Source: Tubiluchus corallicola (taxonomy: Eukaryota; Animalia; Priapulida). From it: 64,000 nucleotides of DNA. Below, in pieces: positions 52,655 to 64,000 of this stretch. The DNA lies in contig JAQGDQ010000230.1 of the NCBI GenBank assembly GCA_030141605.1, positions 186,001 through 250,000 of the forward strand, written 5' to 3'. Below the pieces are notes generated by a model, which was given only the letters and a program-made list of their open reading frames with translations, was not told the DNA's origin and made no database searches. The stretch's first letter is position 1; each line of letters begins with the position of its first letter. The position numbers and the translations under genes are program-made.

Positions 52655-55435
52655 GAAAAACTAAAATAAGTAAAAAGATAATGGTGAAAAGGTAAAGGTA
52701 AAAAGGTGAAATTGCAGTCGCCCAGCTTAAGTCAAAGATAAAAATTAATAGCAAACAGGCAAATAAACAAGAAAACTACAAGGTTAATCAAACTGGGCTA
52801 AAAGTTGTTAATAAAAGTTACTTAAATTAGTAAGCAGATAATAAAAAAAATGGAAAGTAGCAAAGGTAAAGCTTTTTTTGTTGTACAAACAAAAGACCCA
52901 AAGGGCTCTGTGAAAAACAACTATTTAGTTTTACCTATACTTAATCATTGCTTTTAATTCCTGATAAGAGTGATGACGGCCTTTTATGACGATGGAGCTC
53001 AGTAATAAAGACTTTTGCCTTTATTTGGCAATTGTCACTTATTTGTATTATTTGCACTGCCATTGCTGTCATGTGAACTCTAGTATCTCCTTATCCGAAA
53101 ACAGCTTGTGGCGTGTTAGAAAATTATTTGATAAGGATAGTCTAGAATCTAGAATGTATAATTCTCATCGACCGTTTCATTTATTAGCAATTGTATCTTA
53201 TAATCAAGTTGCTTCGCGTTTGGCTCTATCTAGTATACAGTAAAATAAAATGATCTATTAGAAACAATTAATTTTTGACCATTACTTTTTCCTATTGTTT
53301 TTTTACTTCACGTTTTTGTTTATTGACTATTGTTACCTCTGGTATGTATGTTTTTGTTTTGTTTTCCCCTTTATAAACTTCCCGTTTTGTCATGAATCGA
53401 AAATGAACGCCTTTCCCACACTAAAAGAGAAAAATAAAACAATGCAATACAGTAATAATAGTGTCATTAATATCAAGAGAACTGAAACGAGACAGAACAA
53501 ACGAAAACAAAGCAGGAGAACTTTTAGTGTTTTAGTAGTGTAAAAGTAGCCTAATTCATTTATTAGACATAACATCGTCTTTAGTATAGGAATTCTCATC
53601 CCAAAACCCATCCTTAACCAACAGAAGAGGTAAACGAGAAAGACTTCCTAGAGATTTAGTTACACCAAAATTGTAGTCAAATATATATTTTAATGGATAA
53701 CACACTTTCTATGTAACAAGGCAAGCCAGCTGAAGCAAACAGCTAACGCCGATGACCATGTCAAGCAACGCTTGACTTACTCCATCTATGGCCAAGGTCT
53801 TAATATTGAGAGATAAGACGGTTTAGCCATGCGGAGTTCAAATATTACAGTATTTACTCAAAGGCGAAATTTTAACGAAAGGAGATAATCAAGATATACT
53901 GTAATCTTGTAATCTATTCGCATTATCACGCACGATCAGTAGGTATGACGCGGCTTACTCCTTCCAATTTCTAGTCCTGTTGTTACATATCTGAACCAAT
54001 AAGCATGTTTAATATTCACTGCCATCGTTTTTTTTATATTTACTATATATTTAATGTTTTTATTGTTAAATTAGAAAGAGAGTAATTGTTAGCCAAATAC
54101 AATATTCATGCACGTATTCATCATGCGCTATAGATACCGAGCTTCTGATTCATATTTGTAAAGCCAGGTTGGTCCCTTTCCCTGCGTTCATTCACGGGCT
54201 TCACAACACAACCGGTCTGGCTTCACGCTAACTGAGAGTTGAGATTAGACCCGCCCATTCAATTAGAGTATGATTGACGTGAAGGCTTGTCAGATTGGAA
54301 GATATGGAAATGATCTTTATCGATCACATGGCTTAATTGTTCTCATTTTGTATATGTGCATAATGTCCGCATGCTTAGCTGTCGTCTTTAAACGTGCATT
54401 AATGTTGAAAGGTGCATGGTCCCAACATCTAAATACAGATTCACGGTTGCAAAGTTTTAGAGTTATAAGTTTAGGAAGATGTTTTTGACTCACATACTCA
54501 CTCACTCAGTCAATATGTGGAATTTATTATAGCTCTGTGCACTTAAAACTCATTTACAAGATGAAGGGAAACATTCAAACTTATACGAATGTGTAGCTAG
54601 ACTGTGGTTATTAGTTTATTTTTCAAACTAATCCTTTAGATTTTATCAACTTGGAATTGGTTTATTTTTATGGCCTTTATATAAATTTGCAGGTACAAAG
54701 GATTATTCTTTATTTATTTTTTAAGGATTACCTTTAGTCATTCTGAAATGAAGATCTTAGAGATATTTAATTCTTAAGTATGAAGAATCTTTGATAATGT
54801 TTTCAATTGTTAGAGCTTGCGCGTGCAAGGATCATATTACGATTGCGTCTTTTAATTTGTGTTTTTGACGATGCCTTTTAGTTAAAAACATCGAATTTTA
54901 TAATGTAAGTCTGTGTCGACACAATACAGCGCAGTAATATTTCTTGCATTCATGCATGCGTACATATATAAGCTAATAATGCCTAATACATTTGTACACA
55001 AACTGCTTCCTGTAGAGGCCTTTTTCTAATAGTGGTTGCAATGGAGGAATTACAAGTTTCTTCTGTACAAGCTAGTATAGTTATTACTATGATTATTGCA
55101 TGTAGTTAGCCATTTTGTGTAATCACCAACAGCTTTCTATTGTCTACACGCCATGTGTGTCAAAAAATTGCTTTGAAATGAGAAGTTTATTAACAGACGC
55201 ACGCAGCGTGCTCATTGAGAATGAATTGGAAGAATTCGTTCACCATGTAATTTGGAAAATGTTTCACCATTCTATCTAAAGTCAACATTGATGGCCGAGT
55301 AGAGTAACACCGAATGTTGAATTTAATCACGTAAGAGGCTGATTGTTGTTGGGAATGAATGAAAGAAATGGTGAGCTAAGAGAGTGGAAAGAAAATCCAG
55401 AAGAAAAAAAGGAAGAAAGAGACAGAAAGGGAGAG

Positions 55436-55589
<154 letters not shown>

Positions 55590-58500
55590 GTTAATTAACT
55601 TACACACACCACTAAGGAACTCTTCTTCTTTTTCTTTTTCTTCTAACCTCATACCGTATATGCTATTTTTACATGTTCAACCTTATTTATATCATTAAAG
55701 TGAAAAACGGATCTAAAGGTTTTGTTGGTGGGATTTTTGAATTAAATTTAAGTTTAATGCTTAAGCGGACAAATAAAAGTTCTGTTTCTATGAGTGTTTG
55801 TACGTAACAAGGGTACGAGCACGATTATGAGGCAGACATTCGCTAGAAAGAACAGCTTTATTAGAATCTTCCCCGTGCGAAGAGCATAACCGAATTACGC
55901 AGCTTGATGCGCGGAGCAAACAGCAAAATTAATTCCCCAAAACATGTGAGAGTAAAAACGAATAGGGTTCCATTGTGAGTCAGCCAGCACTCAGCGCATC
56001 CAAAGACTTTCCAATTTCTATAATGCAATAACTGCTCTGATAACAAGTTGCTCTGTGAATGTCGATATAATAAACTTGCGCCGGGATAAAATGTTGGCAC
56101 TTATAGGTTTCCGTAGTACGGCGTGAATGGACAGCCGCCGACAAAATGGAAAAGCGAAGATGGCGCTTGACCGCTAATGGAATAAATTTTGACGTTTGAT
56201 TGATTTTATAAAAGGCAGCATTTTCTGACGTTAGAGCGAATCTGGTTAATGTTGGTTTGAGTGGCCACTATTCATTCCTGAACAGGGAGGGTGTGCACAA
56301 TTCTTTACTCACGAAGTAACGTTTTTTATACAATTCAAAATCCTACAACCCAGAATTCAGCATTCAACAGCAGGTCCTAATCAAATTTGATGGTCTGTCT
56401 TGGCAAGATTCTCCCATCCGATCACTGATCAGCCTCATCGTCATTCTTAACTTCGAGGCCATACACCTGTGCCTAATGAAAACAATTGGACTGGGGTCAA
56501 TCAACAGCCTGTAAATTTCTCCAAAAAGAATCCATTAAGTTCATATTCAAAAAAGGCAATAGAAACAGACTATTGCCGGTTACTGTCAAAAGTAACATTA
56601 TTCTTTGCATTTGCTGCACTGATAAGGAGGACATTATATTTTAACACTATTTATCTTGAGAACTTGAAGCCGCGCCGAAGCTAGAAGACGATATTAACGT
56701 TTCTTACGCATGTAAGAATGTACACGTAATGAAAATTCTGTGGCGCCATCTCTTTTGTGTGCTCGTAAAATAATGACGTTCCTTCATGGCAGTTCGTGGC
56801 ATTTTCGCAGGACGAACTTATTGTATCAGTAAACATGGTCAAACCTAAACATTTAACAAAAATGCATTGCTTTCTGTTCCTCTCTGTAGCTTGCTGTTAT
56901 AGTAACTTACTATCTCCTTACTTACTATAACTTGCTATGTTTGTGTGCACTACACATGTAATGCAATTGTTGCGCCTTTCTCTCTATTGCAGTTATAGCA
57001 CACGCAGGAATAACGGTCTGTCTCGTAGGCTAACTAGGCTTCCTAGCTTAGGATGAATTTCATGTTTATAATCTTTTCAAACCAATTACCAAATCTTCTA
57101 TTACGTAATGTGTTCTCGAACACTGTTAACTTTTAATTTGCTAACAGCGTTGTTCCAGAGTGTGAGTGTTTCCTGCTCGCACGTTTTTCTTGTAATTTGC
57201 GATTTGAAAAAACGTTAAACGCGACTGGTAGACGTATTAAATCCGAGCTAAATACCAAATCTCTAACTAAAGATGTACCAACGTAATGCCTATAGATGTG
57301 AACCGCAACTCGGAAACGGTTTTGGATGTTGATTTTTGAGGTTTGGGGACGCGTTGAGGTACAACGCTCTTCAAATTGAATGCGCTAAACAAAACACGCC
57401 GCTGAAAGTACTTTATTACAACTTGACCCTTTCCACCGTGTTCCACAAACAATAACAAGGAGGGGAAAAGAAAGGCAGAAGTGTTAAAATTTGAGAGAGC
57501 GTTGGCCACTTTGCCAATTCGCGGGTAAACAAGAAAAGGAAGCTGACCGATGTTCGGCCATGGTCAAGGGGAAATAGCCAAGTGTGTCGGCACAGGTGCA
57601 GGAAATCTTCTAATACACGTGGATTTTGCATTGAAATTCGTGTGAAATAGAATATAATATGGGAACGAAATAGAAATATTTTGACTAAAACCACCTATAC
57701 AATGAATATACACCAAGATAACATAAGGAGTTCTGCTGCAGGTGCGTCTTACAACATTATATACATGTAAAGCTCCATTAATGCTCTGCTGAAATTTCAG
57801 TTTAAAAACTGTTATGCGGAAAGATAACATACAATTAAGTCAGTTAATCCGAGCTAGACTCCGTTTGTTAATTTTGTACTGAATTAATAAGAACGTATTT
57901 TAACAAAACCGCAATTTATTTTACCTGCTTATCAAATATTTTTTTTTCTTGAATCTAAGTTAACTTGGTTAACTATATATATATATATATCTTATATTCG
58001 TAGCTCCCAAAGCCTATTAAAGTATTCCATTTATATACACGTGTAACTCAATTTATTTCACCTGTTGGAAATAACAATTACCCACATTGCAACAACAATA
58101 ACAAAAATAACAAGAAATTCAATCAATATTGTCCAATGAGCAACATTATTGATATTTAACCGTCATAATTCTAAACCTGTGTGTGCTATAAAACCCAACT
58201 ATTCAGAGAAAAATATAATTTCTGCAAGAGAGCAGATGGTACCTCACTGCCTGAGAACCATATAAACTGCATACACATTCAACACTTGGTGAAAAACAAA
58301 ACGATTATAGCATAATTTAGTACCCATAGGGTAACGAGTAACAACATGACAATTGGTTTAAGTTGGTTGTTTCCACTGTTGTTGTTCCATTGCTGGGGTG
58401 TTACTACAAAGTATTACATTTATAAATAGATAATTTTTCAGAAAACAGGCAGACAGATAGCTAAGCGGCCATTAAAGAAGATATGTAATCAGGCAGCAAA

Positions 58501-59217
58501 AAGACAGGCAAGCTAGAAGATAATTAAGTAGGAACCTGCCTGGCAGTTAGGTACTAAGTACTTTAGTACTCATGCAGCAAGCCAACAGGCGAATACATAG
58601 ACAGGTGGGCAGACAGCTGCTAGATAATTAAGCAAGTAGTCTTTAGTTATGAGTTTTGAAGCTTTTGTGTATTACATAATTGTCAATTCAGTGGCAAAAC
58701 AGACGTGCGTTAAAAATCAGTACATTAATCACAAAGAAGACAAAGTGCCCATTAAGTTTCAATTTTTTTGTTTTTCACATTCTTATTTGTCTTGTTTACG
58801 ATTATGAGCATGATTAGTCTCAGAAGAGCATTATCATATTTTCAAAGGAGTACGCTGTTGATTTTTTGGAGAAATTGGAAAACAATTTTAAAAAGTTAAA
58901 CGTTGTAAATATTAACAAACAGATACATTCTGCATAAGGTATACATGTATGGTTTAAGACGTTTATGCTTGAACACAAATAAAAAATATTAAATTCCCGT
59001 CCTTTCTATATAGTCTAATCATGCAATAAAAACGTTTTCATTGGGTTTTCAAAAATTCTGCGTTACCGGCTAAAAGGTAGAGCACGTTACGCATCTGCTA
59101 GGTCAGTTTCGTTGAATTAGTTTGATGGCGACGTGCAGTTCTTTTCACTACTATCTAATACATTCATGATTAAAAAGAAGACAAGCAAAAAGTAAACCAT
59201 ATAAAATAAGTTTAACT

Positions 59218-59285
59218 ATTTCTTCAACATTTATAACTTCGTTTTTGATGCATTTCTTCAACGTTTATAACTTCGTTTTTAGTGC
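59218..59285. repeat. 34-bp tandem duplication
   Basis: atttcttcaacRtttataacttcgtttttRRtgc twice. Confidence 0.9.
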
Positions 59286-62200
59286 AAGTATGTCAAACTG
59301 CGAGAATCTAATGTTGAATACGCCCTTACTGAACACACGTTTCACACTAGGTGATCATTATATTTAATCGCATCTCCGTGTGACATCGCAGCTGGACGCT
59401 GACATTACACCAGCATTACACCAGCACCATAAATCTAACGTTAGTACATGAAAAATATGCAACAATAACCGGTTGCAGGCGGAAAAAGCAATGCAACAAA
59501 TCGAACACGTAAAACACAATATTAATTTTAAAAATGCTGAATGGCTCAGCATAGTCTTGCTAACAAAAGTTTTTCATTTCAAAACAAATAGTATGCGTGT
59601 TTATTGCACCCTTTAGCAGAATGCAATGAATGCCTACAAATCACAAATGTGGCTAAAAAATAATAATATTTATTTAGTTAAAATGATTGGACAATTTTTA
59701 CAAAGTATTTGTTAAATTTTGGATAACTTTTTTGAATATGATAAATTTAGTGTACGTTTTTCACTATGTTTTAAAAACGTGTTATGCCTATAGTTAATAA
59801 GCGTTGCTACTAAAAGTAGCTACTACACAATACTGCTATTTATCTACTAGCTACTACCGAATTAGCAATTTATGAGGATCATTGAAGATGGTCTTTCTTT
59901 CACAAAATTTTAATGCTGATTTCGGTTTGGAATAGGTCTCACACAAAAAATCAATTTTAAAATTAAACTCTGTACACTTGAAACATTGGTCTAATTCAAA
60001 AATATTATTTTTTAATTATTTAAATAATGTAGGGTTGTACTATTTTCTCGAAATTCATTTTATGGTATATTATTATCTTTAGTTGGATTAAAACTTTCTT
60101 GTCACAGTAGTGAATTATTTATGAAAATTATGTATTTTTTGCTTTATGAAATAAACCTCACATGCAACTTCTCACCCTCACCAAGCTCTTATTATTTAAG
60201 TCATTCTTTCTCACCGTATGAAGCCAACTCATTGTAAATTACAATTAGCAATAATTATTTGATAATGAGCTCAACAAAGTGAAGCCGAGTTCTAATGGCG
60301 CGGAAAGAGGCAAAGCTATTGAGCGCACGTTTCTCCAGCATACGCGAGTAACCCTGCTTGCTTCCACAAATAGTTTAAATCATTTCTCTGTAAATTTGTC
60401 TTGGATCACCATGTTTGAGAGAAACAACTTCAACTTTGTAAATTTACTTTCCACCTACTATACATCCCTGCTAATATTTGTTGTGTAACTATAGTGCCTG
60501 CTGTACTTAGGCCTATATACTCACGGAAGCTGGGACTTTATTCGTAAGATGTATGCAAATTCAAACGTCATGACGATATTGAATAAACCATGGCAGCCAT
60601 TAGGTTGTACAAACGTAGGAATCGATTATTCTTTGAATAAGGCCTATGAAGAATGAGGCCTCTGAGTACCTAGTTTATGATATGACTGCATTTAAAAATA
60701 TCAGTGATTTTTGTTAATAAAATACAACTGATTATTAAAGTTGGGTGTTTAATTACTTAACACAGGCGATTAATGCAGGCAAGAAACATAATTATCATGA
60801 GTATGATATACGTGTGATCAGTTATAAACGTAACCACTTTTTGTTTTTTGTTTATTTGCTGTTTGTTTTTTATTAAAAAAGAAGTTCTTAACTTCAAGTG
60901 ATTATTAATTATTAGCTGTACGTTTTTTGTAAAAAAGCGTGTCTTTGGAGTACATGAATGCATACATCTGAACATTTTGTGCTTCAAATTTTGTGAACAA
61001 GTATATATTGTTAGGTAACCCCTTAACTACGTTTCAATTCAGTCTTTCAAAACCCCGTTACTTGATTCCAAGTTTATTATTATAACAAGGCATGTGAATT
61101 TTTATTGCCATTTTTTATGATATAGTATAACTATATAACTCCTTAGCTTGTATGCTTTAGCTCTATACGCTAAAATGTATCACATCTAAATTAAGCCCCC
61201 TTTACCAAAGTGGACCCATAACGTTATAGTCTAGCAGCTATAGATAATTCTAGCTAGACTTGCGCTCGAGAAGCTCGTACTTTATTTATCGTGTTCGGAA
61301 CGTTATCAAAAACCTCACAAAGGAGTTTTATCGTTAGACGAAATCTCATAACGTTTGGTATAATAATGTACAACGCAGTTTATTGCAATAAGACCAAAGT
61401 AATATTATAGGCGGTATTCACATTGTTACGAATCTAGATAGCCATATTGCACATGTCCAGGACAAAGTCCAGTTCGTGAACAAATAACCTGAGTGCTGTT
61501 CACCAATTCTACGTGCCAATCAGACTATGCAGCAAGAGCTTTTGTATAGGTAATATGAGTCATTGTACTGCGAAAAGGCACCGCTCATTGATTACAAAAT
61601 GCTAAAAAAGGTTAAAAAATGGCTGTCCCATCTCCCCTTATGGCATAATTAATTTTAGATAAAACAATAATATTAAAAGTGCTGTATATATTACAGAAAA
61701 ACTTTCTTTGCATGTTAGTTCATCTTTATGCCAATAAGGAATTTTTCCACCACATATAAAAATATGTGTACATTCGTATTCAAGGGGATTGTATATATTT
61801 CATGCACTGTAATTCGCATAAGTCTAATATTAATATTTTTATCGCAAATGCTTTTTGAGTCGCAATTATTTTAAGAGCATAGCCATATCCGTAAATTGTA
61901 AAGAATCGACAGTTTGTAATAGTTTCTCTTTCTTTGCAATAGATAACGCCACATCTTGGTGTTAACTGAACTGTTTTCTTATGTCGCCATCTATCGAAAA
62001 ATTGTAAAATTAGTAGAAGCTAGCATATTTTGAGCTTCTAGCACGATGATTTCAGAAAGTGAATCATGGTGAAATATTTTGCCTCGTCACATCAATCGCG
62101 CCGATTCCACCCATTTCTTAACTCGAGTTAGTGGTCATTGTACCATACCCGCCGCCCATTTTATAGTTGCTCTAAAGCTCACGCAAAATTTCTACAAGTT

Positions 62201-62876
62201 TCTGGCGAATATTAATGACACATATTCCTCATTTACAATTCATCGAAAAATTCACCGCAAAAGGAAATTCCAAGTTTTCAAGTTTATTCTGTAATAGCAT
62301 GATTATGAAACAACAACCTATTATCTAATATGTAAGAAAAGTGGTTTTAGGCGTAGACATAAAGCGTTATGTGCAAACGTTGACTTTATTCTTCTGAAGG
62401 AGAACAATATGTTCTGGTTATAAAGCAGAATTTTGATCGCAAACGACTGTCACACTAGCTGACGAAACGATCTTTTGTGCCTGTTTTTCAGCTTTTCTGT
62501 TAATATTGCACCATTTTTATGTAACGTATACGGATATATCAAAGACGCCGCGCATAAGAACAAGTATGATAAAATAAACAGTTCGGGTAGACGCGGAATT
62601 TATTTTATTGTATATGTGCTATTTTCCACTGCTGATGTTTACAACGGCCTGTATTCCATTCGAGTGAGTTTCTTGATTGGAAAATAAACAGTTCGGCACT
62701 TAAAAATTAAAATTCTTGTTGAATATTAAAGAAAGTGGCAATGTTCTTTTCACAAATCTACAAATACCTTATGGTTTCTTTTCTGCAGTTTGCTGTGAAA
62801 TGTGAATTTTGTGAACTCATATAAGTCAATTTGTAAAATACCATAGATAGCCTCCTCTTGTTTTAATGAAATCACG

Positions 62877-63012
62877 TTTACTGGGACTCATGAGGTTTGC
62901 AAGTTTACTGTGACTCACGAGGTTTACAGGCTTATTGTGATCTGTGAGGTTGACAGGTTTACAGTGACTCCTGAAGCTTTCAGATTTACTGTGACCTTTG
63001 ACCGTGAGGTCA
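62877..63012. repeat. diverged 27-bp minisatellite, ~5 units
   Basis: units start at 62877, 62904, 62931, 62958, 62985; consensus tttactgtgactcatgaggtttacagg. Confidence 0.85.
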
Positions 63013-64000
63013 ATTGAATGAGGTCCTGCCACTTTTTATTAGCTGGTTCATTTCGATCAGCCCTACAGGCAATTGATAATTAAGATTTCCGTTTAGGCCA
63101 CTTGGCTTCCCAGCCTGTGTGGGCAGACTGTACGTCACTTTTACTAGTCGCAGGCGACGCAACTGCCAATGCAGAGCATCAATGTCATTTGGACTACTCG
63201 CCACAGTAGTTAATGCAGTGTGAACGTCCCTACAGACTGAAGCCCGTTAGTTATGTGAATGTCACTTAACTGCTGACATTTCTGGGCGAGTTTTCATTAC
63301 CAGACGTTGCCGATTTCACATGCAAAATTACTCTATGAGCAATAAGGCATTATGGGCAGTGCCACATAAAATATTTATTATTAACGTAAGGTTTTATGGC
63401 AAACTGTGCCCTATCTACATCTTCCTACGCAACTATTGAGAAGTAATAAAACCCATTCCATGATCGATATAGATAAAGTTTTTTAGGTTCAAGCACCTGT
63501 AGGCCTGATATTGACTTTTAACCAAAAAACAAAATAGAATATTGAAGTCTTCTTTTTATTCCACTTTTAAATGCATTAAAAACCAAACTTTTGTGAAACT
63601 ACTGTGCCCATAAAAAGGTTATTCATTTACATAATAAATTCGTGTTTGCTGAATAACCTGGTGGACAAATTCTTTCAGAATAAGGCCTCACACAGTTTTT
63701 ACATAGCTAACAATGCAGTTCCTATATATCTGCAATTTACATTAATAAAACAAATGCAGAGAAATGATAATCTTTAGCTAAATTTATTTGGTCAGTACAA
63801 AAAAATCCCTTGCCGGGCTAATAAAAACCATTTCAATCCACAAGAATTTGTTAATTAATGGTATAGTGAGAGTCCTTGTTATTTTATTTAGCCAATGAAA
63901 TTTACGTAAGTAATAAATGTACGTGTAATACTAGTGCATGAAAAATAATTATTTGTACAATCAAACAATTTTAACAAACATATACTGTATTTACTTCAAT

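Noticed and set aside
57267-57509. THAP-like spacing (SAFLFPS...RVLFSAF...LKSVVP)
   Set aside because: None of the C2CH zinc ligands or the conserved Trp is present
58440-58640. Degenerate (AGAC/AGAT/AGGC) tract, similar to 21150-21285
   Set aside because: Decayed tetranucleotide microsatellites; the similarity is compositional rather than a shared element

Overview
AT-rich, microsatellite-rich eukaryotic DNA, most likely from an invertebrate animal; I cannot name the species. It is not prokaryotic: there are no operons, rRNA, intact tRNA or CRISPR arrays. Only two convincing protein-coding genes are present, a head-to-tail tandem pair of FoxA (HNF3/fork head) transcription factors with uninterrupted ORFs at 24543-25811 and 26729-28108 (+ strand, 917 bp apart). 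They sit in a gene-poor region with more than 24 kb upstream and more than 35 kb downstream. Their forkhead domains are 93/100 aa identical, yet synonymous sites look largely saturated, so the duplication is old and both copies appear to be under purifying selection. The best non-obvious signal is an ordered promoter motif set kept in front of both paralogs (ATTGGCTGC, GATAGGC, CATTTACATG, then TTATTTGC-nnn-GGGTCAA at identical internal spacing) while the surrounding DNA has diverged. There is also a 41-bp tract of unusually high synonymous identity inside the forkhead boxes. The flanks contain three decayed hAT-transposase-like fossils, an 83-bp near-perfect hairpin, a near-identical 495-bp tandem duplication, two minisatellites and many long microsatellites. 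The remaining ORFs in the supplied track are repeat translations or look like noise. All alignments and counts were done by eye; no database search was run.
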